A DNA stretch of 62,405 nt, filler included, from Chiloscyllium plagiosum (Eukaryota), in the NCBI RefSeq assembly GCF_004010195.1. It is 5 parts of one record of this genome, joined end to end, with 100 filler letters (N's around TTAATTAATTAA, not from the genome) between each part and the next. Parts side by side here need not be neighbours in the genome. Positions count along the whole stretch, not along the records: positions 1 to 23,271 come from NC_057717.1; 4 more parts are not named here. One strand, given 5' to 3'. Positions 1 through 11,607 of this stretch are shown piece after piece. The number at the start of each line of letters is the position of its first letter. Positions within the stretch are counted from its first letter, which is position 1. The notes under the pieces are model-generated. The model had not been told where the DNA came from. It did not search any database and saw nothing but the letters and a program-made list of their open reading frames with translations. A program made the translations under genes and the position numbers.

Positions 1-982
1 ATGAGTGTGCGAGAGAGAGAATGCGTGCATGAGAAAATGAGTTTGCAAGAGAGAGAATGCGTGCGTGAGAGAGAGAATGAGTGTGTAAGAGAGAGAAAAC
101 ATGCGTGAGAGAGAGAATGCGTGTGTGAGAGAGAGAGAATGCTTGTGTGCAAGAGAGCGAATGCATGCGTGAGAGAGAATGAGTGTATGAGAGAGAGAAT
201 GAGTGCGCGATAGAGAGAATGAGTGTGCGAGAGAATTCGTGTGTGTGAGAGAGAGAATGAGTGTGCAAGAGAGCGAATGCGTGCGTGAGAGAGAATGAGT
301 ATGCGAGAGAGAATGAGTGCGCGCGAGAGAGAATGCATGCGTGAGAGAGAATGAGTGTGCGTGAAAATGAGTGTGTGTGAGAGAGAATGCGTGCGTGAGA
401 GAGAATGCGTGCGTGAGAGAATGAGTGTGTGAGCGAATGAGTGTGCTAGAGAGCGAATGAGTGTGCGAGAGAGAGAATGCGTGCAAGAGAGAGAGAGTGC
501 GTGCGCGAGAGAGAGAATGAGTTGTGAGAGAGAGAATGCATGCGTGAGAGAGAGAATTCGTGTGTGTGTGAGAGAGAATGCCTGTGTGCGAGAGTGTTAT
601 GAGATAGTGTGTGCGCATGAGAGAGAAAATGTGCGCATGTGAGTGAAAAAGAGAGTGAGCGTGTGTGAGATATGATGCGCTCATGCATGAGAGTGTATCT
701 GAGTGCGAGAAAGAGAGTGTGAGAGTGAGAGAGGAAGTGTGTGACTGTATGTGAAAGAATGAGTGCATGCGAGTGTGTGTATGCATATGAGAGAGTGAGT
801 GCGCACGTGAGATAGAGGGAATGTGTGAGAGACTTTGCAAATGTGTGTGAGAGTGACAGAGTTTTGGAGAGAGAGAGAGTGAGTGTGTGAAAGTGGGCAT
901 ATATGTGATGGTGAATGTGAGTGTGTGGGGTTGCGTGTGTCAGAAAGTGTATATGAGAGTGTGGGTGTAAGAGTGGGTGTAA
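1..982. repeat. GA/GT-rich degenerate minisatellite (GAGAGAATGAGTGTGC-like units)
   Basis: Recurrent gagagaatgagtgtgc/gagagaatgcgtgcgt units of about 16-20 bp, degrading toward the gap at 983. Confidence 0.9.
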
Positions 983-1346
983 NNNNNNNNNNNNNNNNNN
1001 NNNNNNNNNNNNNNNNNNNNNNNNNNNNNNNNNNNNNNNNNNNNNNNNNNNNNNNNNNNNNNNNNNNNNNNNNNNNNNNNNNNNNNNNNNNNNNNNNNNN
1101 NNNNNNNNNNNNNNNNNNNNNNNNNNNNNNNNNNNNNNNNNNNNNNNNNNNNNNNNNNNNNNNNNNNNNNNNNNNNNNNNNNNNNNNNNNNNNNNNNNNN
1201 NNNNNNNNNNNNNNNNNNNNNNNNNNNNNNNNNNNNNNNNNNNNNNNNNNNNNNNNNNNNNNNNNNNNNNNNNNNNNNNNNNNNNNNNNNNNNNNNNNNN
1301 NNNNNNNNNNNNNNNNNNNNNNNNNNNNNNNNNNNNNNNNNNNNNA

Positions 1347-1515
1347 CACACACACACACAGGCATGGTCTCACTCTCTCACACACACAGAGGCATGGTCT
1401 CACTCTCTCTCTCTCTCTCTGTCACACACACACGAGGCATGGTCTCACTATCTTTCTCACTCACACAGAGGCACGGTCTCACTATCTATCTCACACACAC
1501 AGAGGCATGGTCTCA

Positions 1516-1552
<37 letters not shown>

Positions 1553-2250
1553 GAGGCATGGTCTCACTATCTCTCTCACACAGAGACATTTCTGTGATGA
1601 TACTTGAGCTCAGGCCCTCACTGACTCTTCCCCCCAAGACCAAATCCATGCACAGTGCCCATGTCCTGTGTTGGGGCGTGTCTGTGTGTGTCTGTGCCTG
1701 TATATGTGTGTGTATTTTGGTCTGTCTCTGTATGTGTGTGCCTGTGTGTGTGTGTGTGTGTGTGTGCGTGTGTGTGTGTGTGTGTCTGTCTGTGTGTGTC
1801 TGTGTGTGTCTGTGTCTGTGTGTGTGTCGGTGTGTGTGTGTCTCTGTGTGTATGGGGGGATGACGGCAGGGGAGCTGTGAGGGTGAAATGTGGGTGTTGA
1901 GGGGCAGGCATGTGATCTATGATTTAAATTCCCAAACTCTGCCAATATTTTTGAGAAATGGAAATGAAATAAAAGACTCAAAATCAGGTTAGAAATGGCT
2001 GGATGTAGAGCAGGGCAGGGAGGAACAGAAAGAGAGAGAGAGAGAGACATACAGGGACAGAAAGAGAGAGAGAGAGAGACAGAGACACAGAGAGGAGAGA
2101 GACACAGGGACAGAGAGAGAAGACAGACAGAGAGAGAGAGACAGAGAGGAACAGAGAGAAAGAGACAGAGAGAGAGGGACAGAGACAGAGAGAAAGAGAG
2201 TGACAGAGAGAGACACACACAGATACAGACAGGGACAGAGACAGAGATTA
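1347..2250. repeat. CACAGAGGCATGGTCTCACT minisatellite followed by (TG)n and GA-rich simple repeats
   Basis: About 6 copies of ggcatggtctcact at 1360-1570; TG-rich 1680-1850; GAGACA-rich 2025-2250. Confidence 0.9.
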
Positions 2251-2718
2251 ATTATAGGAATCGCACATACAGCAGGAAAATCCGAAGAAAACCTCAGCAA
2301 ATATCCCCCTCTCCATTCCCAGCCCTGTGTGTGTGCGTGTGTCTCAGGAAGCCTACCTACAGTCAGGCTCGGAGATGCTAGTGTGAGAGTAATCTTTAAT
2401 ATTTTCAAACTGCACTGACACAACTAATAAGGCTTCAATAAAAAAGAGAGTTTTAGAAACTGGGAAAGATGACACTTTGTTGCCCCAGAATTAACATCTC
2501 AGTGGGCAACAAGATCTCACAAGGCTCCTGTCCTGGGAATTAACATGTCAATCAGACAGAGCCCTCCCCAGGGAGCAGACTGACAGACGATGCAACGTGT
2601 CAGAGAGGGCAGGGGTGGGTTCCACTAACCCCTGACCCAGAATAACTGTGCACAAGGAATTGGTCAGATTCATTCTCAAACCCTGTTCTCTCTCTGTATG
2701 GAGCGTGATCTGGCTCTG

Positions 2719-2761
<43 letters not shown>

Positions 2762-2967
2762 AAAAATGTTTCCAGTCTCTGGTTAATTGCTTTCTTATGA
2801 TTCGTTTGTAGTTTGATGTTGCTGTGATGTAATGAAATTCATTGGGTATGGGAGAAGGGAGTGGTGGGATTTTGTTTAAACTGGGATCTTGCTGTGCAAC
2901 TTTTCATCACACTGCTCTCGCTCCCCCGGCCGCACACCAACTCATCTCTTCTTTCTTTTATCCCGAG

Positions 2968-3105
2968 GAACTTTTGTTGGGAGAGCAGGAAAGTGAAGAT
3001 GCAAAATGCCTGGGGGCCAGGAAAGCCTTGGACAAGAACAACCTCCAGAGGGCCGAGAGCACAGGCCTGAGGCCTGTTGGCCAGGCTGCAGCCCGTGAGG
3101 CCCAG
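2968..3105 (+). other. Putative 138-nt phase-0 exon of an unidentified gene (ELLLGEQESEDAKCLGARKALDKNNLQRAESTGLRPVGQAAAREAQ)
   Basis: Polypyrimidine tract plus AG at 2966-2967; CAG|GTGAGT donor at 3106; open in frame; paralogous copy at 3839-3969. Confidence 0.4.
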
Positions 3106-3838
3106 GTGAGTGGGGGTCTGTTTCTTCCCACGAGGTTTCATCTCCTGTAGGGATGGGGTGGGGTTGGGAGCCTGGTTTGTCCGGACCTCTGGTTAACTGG
3201 GACCTGTCAGATCACGGGTTTGAAGCCTGGGGTTAAAATAACTGGGGCATTGGTGACACAAACAGGTGAAATCCCCAGGATCTAGGAGACGGGAATCCCT
3301 CGGGAGGGAACTCTAACCCAAAATATCTGACCCTTTGGAAAGAATTGTCACACTATCAGAGGAGAGTGGGTCATAGAGAGGGCAGGATGATCGAATGGGA
3401 CACGGAGAGAAAGAGAGTGGGAGAAAGAAATGGAAAATGGTGAGAGCAAGAGAAACAGGAGAGAGAGAGGGGGCAGTGTGAGATTGTGAAATAGCTGCAA
3501 TATTTGATTCTGGGGTGACAGGAAATAATTAAACTAGAAATAAAAATGATCAGATTATCGAGTTTCTGCAGCACTGTCACTTATGGGATCTTTCTGTGCG
3601 TCAATTGCCATAATGCCATCGTTGCAGGCAGTGAGTGGTTTTAATCAGCTAACCCATCATTTCAAAAACTTTTTAACATGAAAACTCAACTCATCACTCG
3701 ACGAGTTTGTGTTTGGATATTCCTGAGAAATTGTCTGTGTCATCGAGAGGGGAAAAGCTGGGATCTTGCTGTGCTATCTCCCTATGAAAGATTTTCCTGC
3801 TCAGCCTTCCCATTAATGCTGCCTCTTTCCTCCCAAAG

Positions 3839-3969
3839 GGATCTTCCTGGCCACATGAGGATTTGAAAAGAGTGTGTTTGGGAGCAGGAAACCTTCAAAC
3901 AAGAGCTTCCTCCAGAGGGGGAACGCAGTCCTGAGGCCTGTTTGACAGGTTGCAGCCTGTTGGGCCCAG
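3839..3969 (+). pseudogene. Decayed paralogue of the 2968-3105 exon
   Basis: Shares cctccagaggg...ctgaggcctgtt...gcagcc...gcccag|gtgagt; TGA in the homologous frame; 131 nt. Confidence 0.4.
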
Positions 3970-4619
3970 GTGAGTTTTGTCTGTGTATTACCCCGAGGTT
4001 TAATCTCCTCTCTCTGGGGAGGGGGGCTGGCGTTTAGCGGGACCTCTGCTTAACCGGGAAATGTCAGATTGCGGCCTTATCGATTTTGAACAGGTTTGAA
4101 GTGTGGGGCTAAGGTAACTGGGGCCTTGGGATTTGATACAAATACGTCAACCCTTAACCAGCACCACCCACGATGTGTGTGTGGTTAGACTGCTGCTTGT
4201 GGGATCCCGCTGCGCGTACATGTTTATTAATGTTTCTAGCCTCTGGTCAACTGCTCTGCCATGATGTCTGTGTATTTCAATGTCGCTCTGATGGTCAGCA
4301 ATTCATTCATTCTGCAATAATTAAACTGAACCAGGGTCAGGTGGGAGATTGGGGAAGGCAGCGAGCTGTGGGATCTTGCTGTGCTTTTGGTGCCACTGTT
4401 GTATTTTGTTTCAAATTGATTTGTTTTACTTCTCAGTGTGTTTCCCCACACCCCGCTCCCTCTAACCCTGGGGGTGAGGAGGAGATTGGATCCAGGAGCT
4501 GAAGCTCGGGACGACACAGAAACAGAGAGAATTAAATCACTTCTGCTGCGAGGAACCATGAGACACAGAGCGATAGAATAATCAGAAACTGTCCTATATC
4601 CTTGTCGTTCATTTACACA

Positions 4620-4656
<37 letters not shown>

Positions 4657-5464
4657 GGAAAAGAAGGGTGGGGTTCAGGCTGTTTCTGGGATGTTTACCA
4701 CAAGGGGGCATGTTCTGGTCTGGACTGGGGGAGATAAATGCGGGAAAAGATGGAGGGGGAGCTGCTGCACAGATCCCACAGATGTCACTGCCTCCCTCTC
4801 TCATTCCAGCTCCAGGGACAGAGAGAGGGGTGGAGGGAGAATGGGGGTGTGAAGGTGGCGGGAGAGACAGAGAGAGACAGAGGGAGAGACAGAGAGAGAC
4901 AGAGAGAGAGCGCTGATTGTCCCGTTTGAAGTTTCATTGGTTTAAAATGGATTTGAGGCCTGGGGTTAAAGGGACCTGGGCCTTGGGATTGTGGCACAAA
5001 CTGGTTACATCCCCATGGTCTGGGAGGAAGGACTCTTGGAGTAGGGAATTAGTACCATAACATGATAAACTGTCTCCAAAGCCCCATTCTAATGCCAGAG
5101 TCATGTGCATATGCAAGGGGGATAAAATGTGAGAAATCTGAGAGACAGAAAGAAAGATCTTCAAGATGGAGTCAGCGCGAGGGGGGAACAGAGAGAGAGA
5201 GAAAAAGAACAGAGAGAGATCTCAGATGGAGAGAGCACAAGACGGGGGTCAGAGAGTGCAGAGCACAGAGAAGGAAGGGGGAAAGGTTTTGAATTTGTTC
5301 AACAGAGGATTGCTCCCTCTTGTCCAGGAGACAGAATCAAACCCTTAACCAGCATCAGGGACACACACGATCTGTCTGTCGTTACACTGCTACTCGTGCG
5401 ATCTTGTTGTGTGCATTTCAAGCAAGAATCTGGTTAAAAGCTCAATGGTGATCTTTATATTCAA

Positions 5465-5552
5465 TGATGGAGATGCCTGTGTTGGACTGGGACGACGCCA
5501 AGTTATAGTGTAACAGGATTCTCCGAAAGCTAGTGTTGTGTGATATTTAACG
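5465..5552. mobile_element. Rearranged remnant of the Penelope-like terminal repeat family also seen at 28930, 42085 and 55280
   Basis: Reverse complement of cccagtccaacacc..catctcc and cctgtt..actataac, followed by forward ctccgaaagctagtg. Confidence 0.5.
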
Positions 5553-5558
5553 TTATAT

Positions 5559-5597
<39 letters not shown>

Positions 5598-7754
5598 GAG
5601 GGGAGGAGGGGCTTATGTGTTTTGGGGGGCGTTAATGTGAGGGTCCTGTTGTATTTGGATGGAGACAGAACGCTGCATGTAAAGAGATCTTTTTTTAATA
5701 TGTCATTCAATCCTGGGGGAATGTCGAGGCGGGGGAAAGTCGGNNNNNNNNNNNNNNNNNNNNNNNNNNNNNNNNNNNNNNNNNNNNNNNNNNNNNNNNN
5801 NNNNNNNNNNNNNNNNNNNNNNNNNNNNNNNNNNNNNNNNNNNNNNNNNNNNNNNNNNNNNNNNNNNNNNNNNNNNNNNNNNNNNNNNNNNNNNNNNNNN
5901 NNNNNNNNNNNNNNNNNNNNNNNNNNNNNNNNNNNNNNNNNNNNNNNNNNNNNNNNNNNNNNNNNNNNNNNNNNNNNNNNNNNNNNNNNNNNNNNNNNNN
6001 NNNNNNNNNNNNNNNNNNNNNNNNNNNNNNNNNNNNNNNNNNNNNNNNNNNNNNNNNNNNNNNNNNNNNNNNNNNNNNNNNNNNNNNNNNNNNNNNNNNN
6101 NNNNNNNNNNNNNNNNNNNNNNNNNNNNNNNNNNNNNNNNNNNNNNNNNNNNNNNNNNNNNNNNNNNNNNNNNNNNNNNNNNNNNNNNNNNNNNNNNNNN
6201 NNNNNNNNNNNNNNNNNNNNNNNNNNNNNNNNNNNNNNNNNNNNNNNNNNNNNNNNNNNNNNNNNNNNNNNNNNNNNNNNNNNNNNNNNNNNNNNNNNNN
6301 NNNNNNNNNNNNNNNNNNNNNNNNNNNNNNNNNNNNNNNNNNNNNNNNNNNNNNNNNNNNNNNNNNNNNNNNNNNNNNNNNNNNNNNNNNNNNNNNNNNN
6401 NNNNNNNNNNNNNNNNNNNNAGAGAGAGAGAGAAAAGAGGACACACAGAGAGAGACAGAATAGGGACAGAGAGAGAGAAAATGGAAGAAAGGCAGAGAGA
6501 GATAAAGAAAGTGAGTTAGGAGAGACCACAAGACGGACAGAAAGGTGGATGTAGAGACACAGAGACAGAGAGGGAAGGGGGAAAGTGAGGTCGAGAGAAA
6601 AGTGAGGCAAGGGGAGACATGGAGAGGGTAAGGAGCCCCATAACTCACCATCCCTCCAGCTGCTCTCGGCTCCATCTCCCCAGAGTCTCTCTCTGTGTCC
6701 CATCAGGGACTGAGGCTGCTTAAAGGGGCAACCCTGGGATTGAGATTCAAACACTACTCACACATTCTCTCACTCACACTCACACAGAGTGACATAAAGA
6801 CACTAACCCCCCAATACTCACCCCTGGGCATGCCACATGGCAAAAAAAATGATGGCTTCCTGAGTCTGGTTTAAATAGCCCCAGGTCTGTCACTCAACCC
6901 CCATTTCCTCCCAAAACCCAGCTGATCGAGTCAGCTCCCAGCTCCATTACCTGGAACCTACCTTCACCCAGGTATGGAATACATCAACTACCATCTTTGT
7001 GAGATTGCAGGGGGGTCTGGGAGGCAACAGCAGGTCAATGTGTTAGACCAGGGCTGACCCAGTCTGTTCCTGTCTCTGTTCCCCCCCCCCAAACCACCCA
7101 CTCAGCCCAGCCTGGGAATACACACACCGACACAGACACAAAGCTGCAGGTTCAAATCCTAAACAACCGCAGACACACATAACACAAAACCACACAATTT
7201 TCCACAACAAACAGACACAAGACGTTTGTCCAAGTTAACACACATTCTTTGGACAAATTCATCCAACATTTTTGCCTGGCTGAGCACAGGCTTATTGCAC
7301 AAATTAAGACAAGAGTTTTGTGCAGATTGATACCAGTTTTGCCCAAATTAACATTTATTCCACATGTTTACACAAGGTGTTTGCACAGACTGATGCAAAT
7401 ACCATGAACCAGTGAGCTCTGCTGAGTTTCAGTTTGATCCGAATGAGAATACATCTCCTCTGGATGAACACAGTCCCTTTCCTTTTCTGGGTTTAAGCAT
7501 CGGTCCTGTAACATTTGGATGCTCCTGAAAAAAAAATCTGCATTACATTAACGTCCAGTTGAAGATATCCTCTTTTTAATCTGTAATTCTCTCCAAAAGC
7601 TGTTTGGTTTGGATTGCTATATCTTGCCTCTTTTCTCCTTCTCATTACAGTGTGTTTTACCAAGATGTAAAATGTTGGGAATTTTATACTGCTTCTTGTC
7701 TTCAGTGCATATATTTCATGTAATTTTGTACTGATCTCTGTCCTGAATCTGCCA

Positions 7755-7883
7755 GACTGCCCCATGGGTTGTTTACAATAGTTTGCCCTCTAGTGGGGTC
7801 AGAGCACATTGCTGTGAGTTTGTCTGACTGCTCCATGGGGAGTTTACAATAGTCTGCCATCTGGTGGATTTAAAGCAGACTTC
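7755..7883. promoter_or_regulatory. 71-bp tandem duplication carrying two CTCF-like motifs
   Basis: TGCCCTCTAGTGG at 7784-7796 and TGCCATCTGGTGG at 7855-7867, each after gactgc.ccatggg..gtttacaatagt. Confidence 0.55.
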
Positions 7884-9193
7884 AGAATCTTCACTGAAAT
7901 TCCAGTGAAATTTAAAAAAAAATATTCCTTTCTGTTGTTTATTCAATTATTTCTAAACTGAAGTCCCTGTTCCCAGTCCAAACAAACCCAAACAACCCAC
8001 TGAAGGGAGACAGGGATGGACATATACACTCCAGATTATTCTATCTTTCTAACTTTGTACAAAATTTAATTTTATTTGGTTGAACTGTAAAAACATGTCG
8101 TTTCTTTGATTAATCACTTCTTAATGAGATTGAAGAAGGGTTTAAGTGAAATGTAACTACTCTCTCTGACACACAAGGCAAATGTGCTGTTGCTGATGTT
8201 ATCAGGGCCCATCAGATTGAGCAAAAGGTATCAAGGGGGCAGATGTTTTGATACAGTGAGTTGTTGTGGTCTGGGATATAATTCATATCAATTCCAATCC
8301 ACAACAATATTNNNNNNNNNNNNNNNNNNNNNNNNNNNNNNNNNNNNNNNNNNNNNNNNNNNNNNNNNNNNNNNNNNNNNNNNNNNNNNNNNNNNNNNNN
8401 NNNNNNNNNNNNNNNNNNNNNNNNNNNNNNNNNNNNNNNNNNNNNNNNNNNNNNNNNNNNNNNNNNNNNNNNNNNNNNNNNNNNNNNNNNNNNNNNNNNN
8501 NNNNNNNNNNNNNNNNNNNNNNNNNNNNNNNNNNNNNNNNNNNNNNNNNNNNNNNNNNNNNNNNNNNNNNNNNNNNNNNNNNNNNNNNNNNNNNNNNNNN
8601 NNNNNNNNNNNNNNNNNNNNNNNNNNNNNNNNNNNNNNNNNNNNNNNNNNNNNNNNNNNNNNNNNNNNNNNNNNNNNNNNNNNNNNNNNNNNNNNNNNNN
8701 NNNNNNNNNNNNNNNNNNNNNNNNNNNNNNNNNNNNNNNNNNNNNNNNNNNNNNNNNNNNNNNNNNNNNNNNNNNNNNNNNNNNNNNNNNNNNNNNNNNN
8801 NNNNNNNNNNNNNNNNNNNNNNNNNNNNNNNNNNNNNNNNNNNNNNNNNNNNNNNNNNNNNNNNNNNNNNNNNNNNNNNNNNNNNNNNNNNNNNNNNNNN
8901 NNNNNNNNNNNNNNNNNNNNNNNNNNNNNNNNNNNNNNNNNNNNNNNNNNNNNNNNNNNNNNNNNNNNNNNNNNNNNNNNNNNNNNNNNNNNNNNNNNNN
9001 NNNNNNNNNNNNNNNNNNNNNNNNNNNNNNNNNNNNNNNNNNNNNNNNNNNNNNNNNNNNNNNNNNNNNNNNNNNNNNNNNNNNNNNNNNNNNNNNNNNN
9101 NNNNNNNNNNNNNNNNNNNNNNNNNNNNNNNNNNNNNNNNNNNNNNNNNNNNNNNNNNNNNNNNNNNNNNNNNNNNNNNNNNNNNNNNNNNNN

Positions 9194-9567
9194 TTCCCCA
9201 GCCGATACCGAGCCGTGAGCATAAAATACCAGAAAATGTTCTTTAAATCGCTCAACACAGTCACTGCTCCCAGAACCACAGCCGCCGTTTTCTCACTGCA
9301 ATATTTACTTTTCAGCTTCTAGCAACAAATGGCCACAAACCGATCAAAGGTGAAAATGACGGTGAACCAGACAGAGCAGTCAGTGGCTGCATAAACCAGG
9401 ACGGCGTGGATATTACACACGGGGACGGAGTCCCTCAGGAAATAAAACTGTTCCCGATAAACAATGGGAATGTGTCTCAGGATCAGGTCGAGGATAATGA
9501 CCAGGAGATCCGCCGTTGCCATGACCCCCAGGTAACGTCTGACACATGGAGACAATCCACAATGGAT
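9194..9567 (-). pseudogene. GPR139/GPR142-like class A GPCR fragment (TM2-TM4) with an in-frame stop; runs into a gap
   Basis: CGLSPCVRRYLGVMATADLLVIILDLIL...CNIHAVLVYAATDCSVWFTVIFTFDRFVAICC*KLKSKYCSEKTAAVVLGAVTVLS; DRF motif; TAG at 9321-9319; splice-acceptor-like ttattccag just upstream of 9567. Confidence 0.85.
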
Positions 9568-10003
9568 CTGGAATAACAAATGGGAAGGTCAGAATTAATG
9601 ACAAAAATGCGACATAAACCACAAGAAACCCTCCCTCCCCAAACACACAGAGACACATCCATTAGGACAGATAGTTTCTAGAACATTCCCACACACTCGA
9701 TCACTCGAGAGCAGACACAGGTCACTCCTTCCCAGTTCCTAATACGGAGGGTAGGAACGTTGTTGTCCTGAAGGATTCTCTCCCTGTTTCCTGAAGACAG
9801 ACGGAGTTTGGGAATTCCTGTATTTTAGTCTAAATTGTGGTCGATCCTGTGTCGTGAAGAAATGTAAACGCAGGGAAAATGTATTCACCCTTTTAACTGC
9901 CTGAGCGGCCTTAGGAATAGTGTCTCCTTCTCCCTGGAACGGGATCTCTTCCCTCGGGATCTTATCGTTTGTTCAATTCACTGACATCCGGCCGTTCACA
10001 AAC

Positions 10004-10190
10004 AATGTCAGGGATAGAACGTTCCGGGGAAAGTCAGTTATAGAATGTCAGGGACAGAACGTTCCGGGGAAAGTCAGTTACAGAATGTCGGGGACAGAAC
10101 GTTCCGGGGAATGTCAGTTACAGAATGTTGGGGACAGAACATTCCGGGGACTGTCAGTTATAATGCCGGGGACAGAACGTTTCGGGTAAC
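10004..10190. repeat. 40-bp minisatellite, about 4.6 copies
   Basis: aatgtcagggacagaacgttccggggaaagtcagttacag repeated with period 40. Confidence 0.95.
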
Positions 10191-10604
10191 TCCATGACCT
10201 GTTCAACATCTTTCCCCACTATCCACCCCACCAACATGATGTACTGTGCCTGGGCACACTGTAACATTAATGGGGTGAGAGACGGAGGGTCCAACCACAG
10301 GAATGGGAACGAAAGGCATTGCCAGAACAGCTGAAATGGTTAGATTTACCACATTCTCAATCCACCTCACAGAACCAGCCCAGACAACATACACCCAGCT
10401 GAGATGTCTGTTCACCGTGGAACACTGTACGGACCAGGCCAGTGCACTGCTCAGTACAACCCAGAAATCTGTCCAGCTTCATCCATTGCATTGGTCAATA
10501 CAATCAGGGAATCTGTCCAGAGTGAAACACTGCACAGATCATGTCTAGGAACTTATCTTCAAACGCAGACATGGCGTCTGTGCATCATGGAAAGCCTGGA
10601 TAGA

Positions 10605-10803
10605 GACAGAAAATCTGCAGACGCTGGAATCCAAAGTAGACAGGCAGGAATCTGGGAGAACACAGCAAACCAGGCAGCATCAGGAGGTGGAGAAGTCGAC
10701 GTTTCTAGTGTAACCCTTCTGCAGGAGTCCTGAAGGAGGGCGACACCCGAAACATCAAATTCCATACTTCCTAATGCTGCCTGGCATGCTGTGTTCCTCC
10801 AGC
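10605..10803. mobile_element. Palindromic element made of two opposed Penelope-like terminal repeats with degenerate hammerhead cores
   Basis: Left arm (cacagc..ccaggcagcatcaggag..gtttc..cccttc.gcagg) is the reverse complement of the right arm (cctgaagga.ggg..cccgaaac..cctaatgctgcctgg..gctgtg); centre near 10727. Confidence 0.7.
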
Positions 10804-11015
10804 AAGTATTCAGCAGGTTTAGCTGTGCAGATCACAGCAGTGCATTGATCTTTAATCCCGGACTAGATATCTGTCCAGCACAGCAGGACACTAATGTGTG
10901 AACCTGAAACAAATATCCATCCAGCATGGGGAGCTGCACAGACCACATCATTTCAGTATCTATAAACCTCAATCAGATAGTCTGACCAGTACAGCGAACT
11001 GTGCAGTGATCACTG

Positions 11016-11607
11016 GTATATTAATCTGTAAACCAGGAGCAGTTACCCTTCCAGCATGTAGGACTGTGTACAACACTCCAGTGCATTGATCTGTAAACCT
11101 GGAGCAGTTAACCTCCCGCATGTAAGACTGTGTACCCCACCCCACTGCATTGATCTGTAAACCAGTAGCAGTTACCCTCCCAGCATGTAGTGCTGTATAC
11201 CCCACCCCAGTGCATTGATCTGTAAACCAGGAGCAGTTACCCTCCCAGCATGTAGAGCTGTGTACCCTAACCCTGTGCATTGATTTGTAAACCAGGAGCA
11301 GTTTCCATTCCAGCGTGTAGGACTGTGTACATCACCCCAGTGCATTGATCTGTAAAGCAAGAGCAGTTACCCTCCCAGCATGTAGTGCTGTGCATCCCAC
11401 CCCAGTGCATTGATCTGTAAATCAGGAACAGTTACCCTCCCAGCATATAGGACTGTGTACACCACCCCAGTGCATCGATCTGAAAACCAGGAGCAGTTGC
11501 CCTCCCAGCATGTAGGACTGCGTACAGCCCCGCAGTGCATTGATCTGTAAGTCAGGAGCAGTTACCCACCCAGCATGTAGGACTGTGTACCCCACCCCAG
11601 TGCATTG
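11016..11607. repeat. 65-bp minisatellite, about 9 copies
   Basis: gtgcattgatctgtaaaccaggagcagttaccctcccagcatgtaggactgtgtaccccacccca at 11081, 11145, 11210, 11275, 11340, 11405, 11470, 11535. Confidence 0.95.

Noticed and set aside
6640..6965. Several minus-strand splice-donor-like motifs and a short ATG-led segment
   Set aside because: Cannot be linked to any downstream exon because of the adjacent gap; insufficient evidence
7215..7400. Minus-strand CxNLxK-like peptide repeats
   Set aside because: Units are about 19-25 nt and change frame, consistent with a degenerate minisatellite rather than a coding repeat
446..9279. Long ORFs containing X runs (e.g. 5390-6754, 8184-9218, 883-1863)
   Set aside because: They are open only because they span N gaps and simple repeats; only the GPCR part of 8212-9279 is meaningful
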